64,000 nt of DNA from Squalus acanthias (GCA_030390025.1 CM059432.1:744001-808000); one strand, 5' to 3'. Shown: positions 1 through 11,822, counted from the first letter of the stretch. Translations and numbers: made by a program. The notes: generated by a model from the sequence alone, not told the origin.

Positions 1-49
1 GCTTTCATAACTTATGCTGATGCTGTTGTGTCGTCCCCTCTCTATTTAC

Positions 50-665
50 AACAGCAACTTATGATTATATAGCGCCTTTAACGTAGTAAAGCGTCTCAAG
101 GCGCTTCACAGGAGCAATTATCAAACAAAATTTGTCACCGAGCCATGTAACGAGATATTAGGGCAGGTGACCAAAAGCTTGGTCAAAGAGGAAGGTTTTA
201 AAGAGCAGCTTAAAGGAGGACAGAGAGGCGGAGAATTTAGGAAGGGAACTCCAGAGCTTCGGGTCTAGGCAGCTGAAGGCACGGCTGACAATGTTGGAGC
301 GAAGGAAATCGGGGATGCGCAAGAGGCCAGAGTTGGAGGAACGGAAAGTTCTCAGAGGGTCAGGGGGCTGGAGGAGGTCACAGAGATAGGGAGGGGTGAG
401 GCCAGGGAGGGATTTGAACACGTGGATGAGAATTTTAAAATCGAGGCCAATATAGGTCAGCGAGCACAGGGGGTGATGGGTGAACAGGGCATGGTGCAAG
501 TTAGGATATGAGCAGCAGTGTTTTGGGTGAACTGAAGTTTATGGAGGATGCAAGGTAGGAGGCCAGCCAAGAGAGCCTTGGAATAGTCGAGTCTAGCGGT
601 AACAAAGGCATGGTTGAGGGTTTCAGCAGCGCATGGGCTGAGGCAAGGGTGGAGATGGTAATGCC
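50..665 (-). mobile_element. L2-type LINE 3' fragment
   Basis: Minus ORF 158..499 has L2 ORF2 C-terminal motifs (FKILIHVFKSLPGLTPPYL, RAFSCLDPKLWSSLP). The (GTT)n-like tail near 50-60 matches the other L2 copies in the window. Confidence 0.8.
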
Positions 666-679
666 AGTTAGAACCCTAG

Positions 680-2870
680 AACCATAGAATGATACAGCAC
701 AGAAAGAGGCCATTCGGCCCATTGTGCCTGTGCCAGCTCTTTGAAAGAGCTCTCCAATTAGTCTCACTCCCCTGCTCTTTCCCCATAGCCCTGCAAATTA
801 TATTCCTTTTGAATCTGCTTCCACCACCCTTTCAGGCAGCGCATTCCAGATCATAACTCGCTGAGTAAAAAAATAAATTCCTCATGTCGCCTCTGGTTCT
901 TTTGCCAATCACCTTCAATCTGTGTCCTCTGGTTACTGACCCTTCTGCCACTGGAAACAGTTTCTCTTTATCTACTCTATCAAAACCCTTCATGATTTTG
1001 AACATCTCTATCAAATCTCCTCTTAACCTTCTCTGCTCTAAGGCGAACAACCCCAGCTTCTCCAGTCTCTCCACATGACTGAAGTCCCTCATCCCTGGAA
1101 CCATTCTAATAAATCTCCTCTGCACCCTCTCTAAGACCTTGACATTCTTCCTAAAGTGCGGAGCCCAGAATAGGACACAATACTCCAGCTGAGGCCTAAC
1201 CAGTGTTTTATAAAGGTTTAGCATAACTTCCTTTGCTTTTGTACTCTATTCCTCTATTTATAAAGCCAAGGATTCTGTATACTTTTTTAACAGCCTTCTC
1301 AACTTGTCCTGCCACTTTGAAAGATTTGTGTACATACACCTCGAGGTCCCTCTTTTCCTGCACCCCTTTAAAATGGTATCATTTAGTTTATGTTGCCTCT
1401 CCTCAATCTTCCTACCAAAATGTATCACTTCACACTTCTCTGTGTTAAATTTCATCTGCCGTGGGTCTGCCCATTTTACCAGCCTGTCTATGACTTCCTG
1501 AAGTCTGATACTGTCCTCTTCATTGTTTACTACATTTCCGAGTTTCGTGCCATCTGCAAACTTTTAAATTATGTCCAGTATATCCAAGTCCAGGTCATTA
1601 ATATATATCAAAAAGAGCAGTGATCCTAATACTGACCCCTGGGGAACATCACTGTATACTTCCCTCCAGTCTGAAAAACAACCGCTCACCACTACTCTCT
1701 GCTTTCTGTCCCTTAGCCAGTTTTGTATCCAAGCTGCCACTGTTCCTTTGATCCATGGGCTTTAGTTTTACTAACAAGTCTATTATGTGGTACTTTGTCA
1801 AATGCTTTTTGAAAGTCTATATACGCAACTTCAACCGTACTACCCTCATCAGCCCTCTTCATTACTTCATCAAAGAACACAATCAAGTTAGTCAAACCCG
1901 ATTTGCCTTTAACAAATCCATGCTGGCTTTCATTTATGAGCCCACACTTTTCCAAGTGCCATTTAATTTTGTCCCAGATTATTGGCCCGGATTTTGTGGT
2001 AGGAATAATGGTGAGGCTATCGTGAAGTAATTCGGAGAGCAACGTCCGGCGCAGTTAAACGTAGAAATCAGGAAGTTGCTGTCCAAGTTGCCCTGCTCCT
2101 CTAGAAGCTTCGCTATACCGGTACCTTGCCGAGAGACTCGGCATTCAAATACATGAAGGGCATGAAGTTTCTGTCCTTACCCTCTAGATACCCACTAAAC
2201 ACACCAGAAAAAGTTAGGGCTTCTCCATTCAAGTGTAAGTGAATTTTTAACGGTGTGATAAGTCTTAATTACTACCAAACAACCTCTCTGGCACTGAAAA
2301 TTTACTTTTATAAGTATGGACTCTCATTCCTTCAGATTTTAATTGTTGTTGGAGTTTTTTTTTAATTAAAAATTAAAATAAACATTTTACTTTACTTTTT
2401 CTTTCTGTCCCTTTTATCTCTCTCTCTAAATCCCATCTTTCTTTCCCTCTTTTTATTTCGCTCTCTGTGCATGATTTTACATTGAATTAATTATTCTAAC
2501 TTACACTTCCTGGTTTAGACTCTGCGTGCCTCAGTAAGGATTCGTCAATCTGAACAGACGCGCTGTTGCTTGCCCTGTTGACACAGGTCCCAGATCCCCT
2601 GTAGAGGGCGCGTGCTGAAATGGATTTCGAATTACTTTAAGTTGCCGTGCAAAAGCTCACTAACAGTCTGTGGACAGCTGTAAGCGTAATAAACGACGAG
2701 TGCCATTCATTCGCTGCTGACCGCAAAATCCGGGCCATTGTCTCTAAAAGTTTCCCCACCACCGATGTTAGGCCGACTGGCCTGTAATTTCTGGGTTTAT
2801 CCACTCCCTTTTTTTTTTAAACAGGGGTGTAACATTTCCAATCCTTCTGTCCACTGGCACCACCCCCATC
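680..2870 (-). mobile_element. CR1 LINE 3' part (RT region to 3' UTR), interrupted by a MITE at 1984-2736
   Basis: Minus ORFs contain [32 protein letters not shown] and RRLRGDLIE. CR1 sequence resumes after 2739. Confidence 0.88.
1984..2736. mobile_element. Non-autonomous DNA transposon (MITE), PIF/Harbinger-like, 753 bp
   Basis: TIRs GGCCCGGATTTTG(T/C)GGT at both ends. 3-bp TSD ATT (1981-1983, 2737-2739). Removing the element rejoins the CR1. Confidence 0.85.
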
Positions 2871-3224
2871 TCCTTATGATCTCTCTGAGCAAGTTTACCA
2901 ATTTAGTACACTGTCAAATTTTCTACCAGATTATAAGCAATTTTGTGTTGTGGATTCACTCCCACTGGCAGCAGGGTTTGAACTGCCAAAACTCGATTCA
3001 TTCAGCCAGACAGAGGAGACTTTAATCCTGATTAAAGCTTGGCGCTCAGGAATTACTAGGTAGATTTGGATGAAGAAGGCCCTTTGGTCGACTTGATCTC
3101 ATCCTTCCAGAATGCAAACTATTATTTTCCTATTACAGTCTCACCACCATTCCTGGGAGCCTATTCCAGCTGTTTTTAACACTGTGTGGAAAAAAATGTT
3201 TCCTTATGTTCTGGACTTGCCCAA

Positions 3225-3575
3225 CAATGAGGGGTTTTGATAGAGTAGATGGGGAGAAACTGTTTGCAGTGGCAGGAGATTCGGTAACCAGAGGGCACTG
3301 ATTTAAGATAATTGGCAAAAGAACCAGGGGGGAAATGAGGAGAAACGATTTTACGCAGCGAGTTGTTGAGATCTGGAATGCGCTGCCTGAAAGGGCGGTG
3401 GAAGCAGATTCAATAGTAACTTTCAAAAGGGAATTTGATAAATACTTGAAAAAGTAATAATGTGCAGGGCTATGGGGAAAGAGCAGGGGGGTGGGAATTA
3501 TTGGATATCTGTTTCAAAGAGCCGGCACAGACACGATGGGCCGAATGGCCTCCTTCAGTGCTGTATGATTCTGTG
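3225..3575 (+). mobile_element. CR1 LINE 3' terminal fragment
   Basis: Same 3' end as other copies: TGGAATGCGCTGCCTGAAAGG...GGGCCGAATGGCCTCCTTC...TATGATTCT. Confidence 0.8.
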
Positions 3576-3694
3576 CTGAACCTGCACCTTCCTCTTGTGC
3601 TGCCTTGGCATATCTGAAAGTATTACTCTAGATAAGGGGTCAGCCATTTTAGGACTGAGATGAGGAGAAATTTCTTCACGTCTCGGGCAGCACT

Positions 3695-5349
3695 GTGGTC
3701 CCCAGGACCCACACACAGTGCAGGAAGAAATTTAACGACCTCACTCAGATGGTCAGGGTGAGTCAATGCTTCAACAAATGCTACATAGCACCATTTGAAC
3801 CACAGTCTGCACAAACTGGCCAAAGCACCACACCCCCAGCACTCACCCACCAACAATCTCTACCTAACAACACTCACACCCACATCTCACACCTTGCACA
3901 CAATGATAGCTATTCAACTATGGTAGGCACATCTCCCAAACACACTGCTCCACACTCACTCACACACTTTCCCCTCTCTTGCAGGCCAAGGTCACGTACA
4001 ACAGGAGGGAGCAGGAGCGCACAGGCGGGGGACAAGCCGACACCCAACCACTGTCTGAGCTGGAGGAAAGAATGCTGCAAATCACTGGGCGCCAGGTGGT
4101 GGGCGCCGTGGCCACCGGCGACATTGACACCCTTGGGGACAACAACGGTATGTTCATCCCTACTCCTTCTTCTCACATCCCACTTCCCCCTCACCCCACA
4201 AGCCTTTCCCACTTTCCAGCTAATCATGCTGTATGCATGCCTTTCTCCCTTCCTGCCCCCCTCCCCTCACCTTAACCCGACTCTTGTGCCTTTATGCTTT
4301 CAGATAATGAGCAAGCAGCTGAGCAGCCTGTCCCTGAGGGCACCGTAGAGAGCGAGGCGGGAGAAGAGGAGGAGGAAGAAGACATCGCATCACTGCATGT
4401 CTCACCCACAGGCACCACCTCAGATACTGGCATTATGTGTTCTTTAGAGGCTCGTATAGTAGCGGGATCTGCACAGGGTGATGCACCGGGAACGAGCGGG
4501 CTGCAGCAAGGCCAGGGGGAAAGGGTAGCTCAGGGGCCAGCTCCCCGGAGGGCGAGTTCACGCGCGAGTTCTGCTGCACAGGACTCAGATGAGGACCTCA
4601 ATGGGGAGACCTTTAGAAGAAGGGTGATGGGCATGCACACAGAGATGATAGGTGCAAAGGCTAGGGTGCCTGAGAGCCTCTCGGCAATGGTAAGGAACAT
4701 GGAGGAGTCCGCCTCCAACATTGCACAGTGCTCTGCGTACACCATGGAGCCCATCATTTACAGTCTGCAAAGGCTGGTGGACTCCCAGGGAGACCGTGGC
4801 GATCCGGACCTCATGGCAATGTCGTAGCTTCCATTGCAGCACAGGCGGAAGCCACGCAACGTCTTAGTGCTGTAATGCAGTCTCAGCTTGATGCCACGCA
4901 AGCTCTGACTGCTGCCATCATGGCTGGGTCGACCACCGTCCACTGGGGCTTTCACGGTGTCACAGCAGGCCAGCAATCGGTGCTCCAGCAGATTGGTAGT
5001 GATACTAAGGTGCTGTGGGTCAGTGGAGCAGGAACCTGCTGTCCTCTCTCAGCATGACAGCCTTCATGCTCCCACCACTGGCACTCCGCCATTGCCCTCG
5101 TCGCTGCCTGTCATCCAGCCAGCCCAGACTGCTGCCGCCCATGCTGAGGTGGAGCAGTCTACAGCCGGGCCTTCCAGGCCCAGAGCTGGTCGAGGGCGTT
5201 CTGCAAGGCCATCTGAAATCTCCCGCATGGACACTCAGCAGCCTTCCACCCACCATGCTGCAGCCACTGGGCCAACACTTTGTAGGAGCACTAGAGTAGG
5301 CAAAGGCACTGTAACAAGGGGCACTAAGGGATTGCACAAGGGTGAATAG
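3695..5349 (+). pseudogene. Harbinger Myb/SANT-like accessory gene; 5' truncated, 2 introns, frameshifted
   Basis: Exon ending 3757 (RTHTQCRKKFNDLTQMVR, donor GTGAGT, phase 0). Exon 3985-4147 (AKVTYNRREQERTGGG, donor GTATGT, phase 1). Exon from 4304 after TTTCAG, phase compatible. Apparent frameshifts near 4815 and 5015; stop at 5347-5349. Confidence 0.82.
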
Positions 5350-5514
5350 CTAATATTGTTGTTGTAAATATGTCTTCACTGATTATTGATAAATTTATGA
5401 ATTAGCTTTGGATGATTTTGTGGTGTCTCCCATTTCAGCTTTGTGCTGTGATGGCCTGCGACAGGGATGGAATAATGGGGATGTGGTCAGCAACGGGGAT
5501 CTGGGGTTTCATTA

Positions 5515-6711
5515 ATTGGAACCGCAGTCTGATGAGGCGGTCACGGACCGCCCTTCCAGAAGGCCGATTGAGTGGCTGCCTCCTCCCTCGCTCCTGTTCC
5601 TCGTCTTCCTCTTCCTCCTCGTCTTCCTCTTCCTCCTCGTCCTCGTCCTCCTCCTCCTCTCCCTCTTCCTCCTGCTGAGGTGGTCCCTCAATCCCTGGTG
5701 GCAAGGGCTGGGCCCTCATGATGGCCAAGTTGTGGAGCATGCAGCAGACCATCACGAAATGGAACACCCGCTCAGCCAAGTACTGGAGGGCTCCTCCCCG
5801 AGCGATCAAGGCAGCGGAACCGTTGCTTGAGCACCCCGATGGTCTGCTCGATGATGTTCCTGGTGGCAGCATGGCTCTCATTATATGAGTGCTGAGCAGG
5901 AGTGTTGGGGTTACGGAGGGGAGTCATGAGTCAGGTGGAGAGTGGATAGCCCTTGTCTCTGACCAGCCAGCCGCGAGCTTGACGTGGTGACTGGAAGAGT
6001 GCTGGAACACCGGTCTGGCGCAGGATGAAGGCATTGTGGCTGCTGCCAGGATAGTGGGCATTCACATTGAGAATTCGCTGTCTGTAGTCGCACACCAACT
6101 GCACATTAAGTGAGTGATAGCCTTTGTGGTTATGGAAGACCTCAGGCTTGTTATGTGGTGCCTGCAAAGCCACGTGAGTGCAGTCAATGGTGCCCTGAAC
6201 CATGAGAAATCCTGCTATCCTGGCAAAGCCACATGCACGTTCGTCCTGCTTCTGTCTGATGATGGGGAAAGAAATGTAGTCCCTTCTCCTACTGTAGAGA
6301 GCCTCTGTGATCTCCCGGATGCAGTGACAGACGGTGAACTGTGAGATGTTCGCTATATCACCTGTTGCAGACTGGAAGGAACCGCTGGTGAAGAAATTGA
6401 GGGTGACGGTGACCTTGATTGCCACAGAGAGCCGTGGTAAACCTGATCTGAGGCTCGAGGTCTGGCTGCAGGAGGCGGCAGAGTTCGGTGACCACATCCT
6501 TGCTGAAGCGGAGCTTTCTAATGCACTGCTCCTGGCTTAATTGGAGGTAGGAGAAGTGCTCTCAGAATACCCTCGGAGGGTAAGGCCTCCTGTTGAGAGC
6601 CTTGATGGCCCTCCTCCTCCCTCTGGCCACATCTTGCAATCTTTCTCGCTGTCTCCGCTCCCTCCGCAGTAGATCCTGGAGGGCGAGGTCGACTGCCAGT
6701 ACAGCCCCCAT
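5515..6711 (-). pseudogene. Harbinger (HARBI1-like) DDE transposase, disrupted
   Basis: ATG at 6711 (MGAVLAVDL). Motifs [59 protein letters not shown] and CCMLHN, then an acidic tail. Stops at about 6562 and 5931; frameshifts near 6430 and 5795. Confidence 0.92.
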
Positions 6712-7416
6712 TAATGTGACGATGTGTAGCACTTTGACATTTTGTCAGAATAAATGTAACAAATTTTTAGTAGCCACAACACTCCTGATACTAAAGAACC
6801 TTTAAATGACTGAACTAAACTCTTGCACAATCGCAAGCTGACAAGGAAGCAGTGAAACGGCACTAACCTGACAGCTGCGACTGATCCCTTTAAATAGCGC
6901 CCCTGGAGCCGCCATCCGCCTGCTTGACGCCTCCTCTTCCTGTCGCTGTTGGCGCGAGGCGCTCAGGCAGGGGGCGAAAATGAATTCCACAGATCGGGCA
7001 CCCAGTGAGCATTGCACGCTCACTGATGTCACGATCTGCCTGGCGCTAAAGCCCCAGGTGCTAACTGTTAGCGGCGGCACTAAGGGTTAACTGGATTTGG
7101 CGTGCGGCGCTGGATTTGCCTCACCCCGGTGCTACTTCCTTAGCGCCCCGTTAGCGCCCCCGCCAGGCACTAACGGGAGGCACGAAGCAACTGAATTTCT
7201 CCCCCATTATCTTTACATCTTATATATTCAACAAGGTAGCATCTGAGTCATCTCTGTTCAAGGTTCAAGAGCCCTATCTTATCAAGTTGTTCTTTATACT
7301 TTATTGGGGTAATACTGGCTATCAACTCATTGCTCTCTTCTGCGACACCTTTAGAGTTTGATTGGATATGTTGTCATACAGTGCCGCCCAGTTAAAAAAG
7401 GTCTATTTTTTCTTTG
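6590..7416 (+). repeat. 827-bp direct duplication, copy 1
   Basis: Colinear with 8531-9357; roughly a dozen substitutions counted by eye, many at CpG. Confidence 0.95.
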
Positions 7417-8513
7417 ATGCGGAGATGCCGGCGTTGGACTGGGGTGGACAAAAATGAGAAGTCGCACAACACCAGGTTATAGTCCAACAGATTTATTTAA
7501 AATTACAAGCTTTCGGAGCTGTCGCCCCTTCCTCAGGTAAAGTTACACTGAGTGAATCTACAAAAGTTCACAGTATATAAACACAGAAACTGCAGAGATA
7601 CAATCTTTCAGGGAAGGTGTCCTTACATCAAAGACACACCAAGAGCACAGCCAAGACAATGAGATGTGTCACAGGGGGTCCAACGTGTCAAATCCTGCTG
7701 TCTGCAGTGTTTTTATTTTGGGTTTGTTTTTTGGGTTTGTTTTTTTTGTGTGTTTTTTTTTAAAACTGGAAAGACAGACAACGATGTCAAGTCACGTTCT
7801 GTAGCGTGACATGAACCCGATATCCCTATTAAGGCCGTCCTCATGAGTGCGGAACTTGGCTATCAGTTTCTGCTCGATGATTTTGCGTTGTCGTGTGTCT
7901 CGAAGGCCGCCTTGGAGAACGCTAACCCGCAGATCCGAGGCTGAATGTCCTTGACTGCTGAAGTGTTCCCCGACTGGGAGGCAACTATCCTACCTGGCGA
8001 TTGTTGCGTGGTGTCCGTTCATACGTTGTCTCAGTGTCTGCATGGTCTCGCTGATGTACCATGCTCTGGGGCATCCTTTCCTGCAACGTATGAGGTAGAC
8101 AACGTTGGCCGAGTCACATGAGTATGTACCATGTACCTGGTGGGTAGTGTCCTCACATGTGATGACAGTATCTGTGTTCATGATCCGGCATGTCTTGCAG
8201 AGGTTGTCGTGGCAGGGTTGTGTGGTGCCATGGTCGCTGTTCCCCTGACAGCTGGGTAATTTGCTGCGAACGATGGTACTTTTGAGGTTAGGCGGCTGCT
8301 TGAAGGCGAGTAGTGGAGGCGTGGGGATGGCCTTAGCAAGGTGTACGTCGTCATCGATGACATGTTGAAGGCTGCGAAGAACATGGCGTAGTTTCTCTGC
8401 TCCGGGGAAGTACTGGACGACGTAGGGTACTCTGTTGGTTGTGTCCCGTGTTCGCCTTCTGAGGAGGTCTATGCGGTTTTTTGCTGTGGCCCGTCGGAAC
8501 TGTCGATCGACGA
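7417..8513 (-). mobile_element. Penelope-like retroelement, 5'-truncated (GIY-YIG endonuclease region plus 3' pseudo-LTR)
   Basis: PLLAFKQPPNL, Cys-rich linker (CHDNLCKTC), NVVYLIRC...WYISET...LRQRMNGH. After one TAG at 7990 the frame continues PVGEHF...IIEQKLI...GLNRD to about 7792. Hammerhead motif in the 3' end. Confidence 0.92.
7503..7540 (-). ncRNA. Minimal hammerhead ribozyme motif (Penelope-associated)
   Basis: Minus strand reads UUAC-CUGAGGA-A-GGGGC-GACA-GCUCC-GAAA-GCUU-GUAA: core boxes, 5-bp stem II, 4-bp stem I, and palindromic AAGCUU in place of stem III. Confidence 0.75.
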
Positions 8514-8530
8514 TCCCCGGAGCGGAGAAA

Positions 8531-9357
8531 CTGTTGAGATCCCTGATGGCCCTCCTCCTCCCTCTGGCCACATCTTGCAATCTTTCTCGCTGCCTCCGCT
8601 CCCTCCGCAGTAGATCCTGGAGGGCGAGGTTGACTGCCAGTACAGCCCCCATTAATGTGACGATGTGTAGCACTTCGACATTTTGTCAGAATAAATGTAA
8701 CAAATTCTTAGTAGCCACAACACTCCTGATACTAAAGAACCTTTAAATGACTGAACTAAACTCTTGCACAATCGCAAGCTGACAAGGAAGCAGTGAAACG
8801 GCACTAACCTGACAGCTGCGACTGATCCCTTTAAATAGCGCCCCTGGAGCCACCATCCGCCTGCTTGACGCCTCCTCTTCCTGTTGCTGTTGGCGCGAGG
8901 CGCTCAGGCAGGGGGCGAAAATGAATTCCACAGATCGGGCACCCAGTGAGCATTGCACGCTCACTGATGTCACGATCTGCCTGGCGCTAAAGCCCCAGGT
9001 GCTAACTGTTAGCGGCGGCACTAAGGGTTAACTGAATTTGGCGTGCGGCGCTGGATTTGCCTCACCCCGGTGCTACTTCCTTAGCGCCCCGTTAGCGCCC
9101 CCGCCAGGCACTAACGGGAGGCACGAAGCAACTGAATTTCTCCCCCATTATCTTTACGTCTTATATATTCAACAAGGTAGCGTCTGAGTCATCTCTGTTC
9201 AAGGTTCAAGAGCCCTATCTTATCAAGTTGTTCTTTATACTTCATTGGGGTAATACTGGCTATCAACTCATTGCTCTCTTCTGCGACACCTTTAGAGTTT
9301 GATTGGATATGTTGTCGTACAGTGCTGCCCAGTTAAAAAAGGTCTATTTTTTCTTTG
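8531..9357 (+). repeat. 827-bp direct duplication, copy 2 (Harbinger terminus, upstream region and transposase N-terminus, plus flank)
   Basis: Matches 6590-7416. ORF track entries 6802..7080 and 8743..9021 are near-identical. Confidence 0.95.
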
Positions 9358-9761
9358 GTATGGGTGTGTAGGAATCCTGCTGACAGATTCCCTTTGTGTT
9401 CTCTGTAAACAACGGGAGTGTGAGCACAGTAAACATGGATAATGTGGAAATTGTTTCCGGTGGGATAATGCCAGCGGATGTGTTGTACAAAGTTGTTTGC
9501 ATCAGCTCCATTGCTTTTTCCCGGTGTTGGCAATACTTTGATTAATTAGAAATATTTTGACTATGCATATCCTGTGAATGCTGGCTGTCTAATTCCATTG
9601 AGATAAGTATTAACATACAATGTGCAATTACTGCATTTATACTGAATATCAATTTTCTCCAGTTTACAATCTATACGGTCAGCTGATATTTTTAACAGTC
9701 TAATACAGATTTAATTATTTAAAATTAAATATGCTGTTGTGGTAACAAATGACCTTCAATC

Positions 9762-10185
9762 TTTTTTTTATTCATTCATGGAATGTGGGTGTCGCTGGCA
9801 AGGCCAGCATTTATTGCCCATCCCGAATTGCCCTTGCGAAGTTAGTGGTGAGCTGCCTTCTTGAACTGCCGCAGTCCGTGTGGTGAAGGTACTCCCGCAA
9901 TGCTGTTAGGGAGGGAGTTTCAGGATTTTGATGCAGCGATGATGAAGGAACGGCGATATATTTCCAAGTCAGGATGGTGTGTGACTTGGAGGGGAACTTA
10001 GCGGTGGTGGTGTTCCCATGCTCCTGCTGTCCTTGTCCTGCTTGGTGGTAGAGGTCGCGGGTTTGGGAGGTGCTGCCGAAGAAGCCTTGGCAAGTTGCTG
10101 CAGTGCATCTTGTAGATGGTACACACTGCAGCCACGGTGCGCCGGTGGTGGAGGGAGTGAACGTTTAAGGTGGTGGATGGGGTGA
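9762..10185 (-). mobile_element. 3' fragment of a second CR1-group LINE family (same family as 45328-46500)
   Basis: HSLHHRRTVAAVCTIYKMHCSN motif and the tail GGGCAATAAATGCTGGCCTTGCCAGCGAC on the minus strand. Confidence 0.8.
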
Positions 10186-10399
10186 CATCAAGTTGTTTCA
10201 CATACTGTATTGCATCATTTTTTATTCAAAACTATATTACGTACAAAAGAGTATTGAGCAAAATGTAACATTGATAATATTTCTGTAATGATTGGCAAGG
10301 CCACACACAATATTACACAGTTAACATAAAGCTTTATGCTTATTAAGCTTTTATGTTTGTTTACTCTATCTAGAACTTTATCTTTCTTCATCTCAAGAG

Positions 10400-11822
10400 C
10401 GCTGGACTACAAAGGGTTGGAAGTTGTATAAAGCTATGATTAAACCCTATCTGCAGTAAATGCGTTCAGTTCTGGGCACCGCACCTCAGGAAGGATATAT
10501 TGGATTCACCAGAATGATACCGGGGTTAAAGTGGTTCAATTATGAGGTCAGATTGCATAGACTAGGCTTGTATTCCCTTGAATATAGACAGGCTGGGTGA
10601 GTGGGCAGAGATTTGGCAGATGCAATACAATATTGGAAAATGTGAGGTTATGCACTTTGGCAGGAAAAATCAGAGAGCAAGTTATTATCTTAATGGCGAG
10701 AAACTGGAAAGTACTGCAGTACAAAGGGATCTGGGGGTCTTGGTGCAAGAAAATCAAAAAGTTAGTATGCAGGTGCAGCAGGTGATCAAGAAAGCCAATG
10801 GAATGTTGGCTTTTATTGCTAGGGGGATAGAATATAAAAACAGGGAGGTATTGCTGCAGTTGTATAGGGTATTGGTGAGACCGCACCTGGAGTACTGCAT
10901 ACAGTTTTGGTGTCCATACTTAAGAAAAGACATACTTGCTCTCGAGGCAGTACAAAGAAGGTTCACTCGGTTAATTCCGGGGATGAGGGGGTGGACATAT
11001 GAGGAGAGGTTGAGTAGATTGGGACTCTACTCATTGGAGTTCAGAAGAATGAGAGGCGATCTTATTGAAACATATAAGATTGTGAAGGGGCTTGATCGGG
11101 TGGACGCGGTGAGGATGTTCCCAATGATGGGTGAAACTAGAACTAGGGGACATAATCTTAGAATAAGGGGCTGCTCTTTCAAAACTGAGATGAGGAGAAA
11201 CTTTTTCACTCAGAGGGTAGTGGGTCTGTGGAATTTGCTACCCCAGGAAGCTGTGGAAGCTACTTCATTAAATAAATTTAAAACAGAAATAGACCGTTTC
11301 CTAGAAGTAAAGGGAATCAGGGGTTACGGGGAGCGGGCTGGAAATTGGACATGAGTTTGAGTTCGGATCGGTCAAGGCCCTGTGGGTGGCGGAGCGGGCC
11401 CAGGGTCCGAGTGGCCTGGTCCTGCTCCTACTTCTTGTGTTCTTTAGAGTTGAGGTTGGATCAGATCAGCCATGATCTCATTGAATGGCGGAGCAGGCTC
11501 GAGGGGCCGATTGGTCTACTCCTGCTCCTATTTCTTATGTTCTTATGTTCTTATTAAGGGGTGATCTAATCGAGGTGTTTAAGATGATTAAAGGATATGC
11601 CAGGGTAGATAGAGAGAAACTATTTCCTCTGGTGGGGGGAGTCCAGAACAAGGGGGCATAACCTTAAAATTAGAGCCAGGCCGTTCAGGGGTGATGTCAA
11701 GAAGCACATCGTCAGACAAAGGGTAGTGGAAATCTGGAACTCTCTCCCACAAAAAGCTGTTGAGGCTGGGGGTCAATTGAAAATTTCAAAACTGAGATAG
11801 ATAGATTTTTGTTCGGCAAGAG
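10400..11822 (+). mobile_element. Young CR1 3' fragment (about 10585-11555) nested in an older CR1 fragment
   Basis: ORF 10578..11354 (258 aa, CR1 ORF2 C-terminus) and a (TTCTTATG)n tail. Older CR1 sequence continues on both sides. Confidence 0.85.

Larger units (their letters stand above)
3680..7205. mobile_element. Decayed autonomous-type PIF/Harbinger transposon with convergent Myb/SANT and transposase genes; left end lost
   Basis: Myb-like gene on +, DDE transposase on -. The right terminus reads GGGGGAGAAATTCAG on the reverse strand (ends 7205) and has GC-rich subterminal repeats. The left side is replaced by a CR1 fragment near 3626-3680. Confidence 0.88.

Noticed and set aside
5515..6711. 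Host HARBI1 gene
   Set aside because: It has stops and frameshifts, a TIR and a linked Myb gene, so it is a transposon copy.
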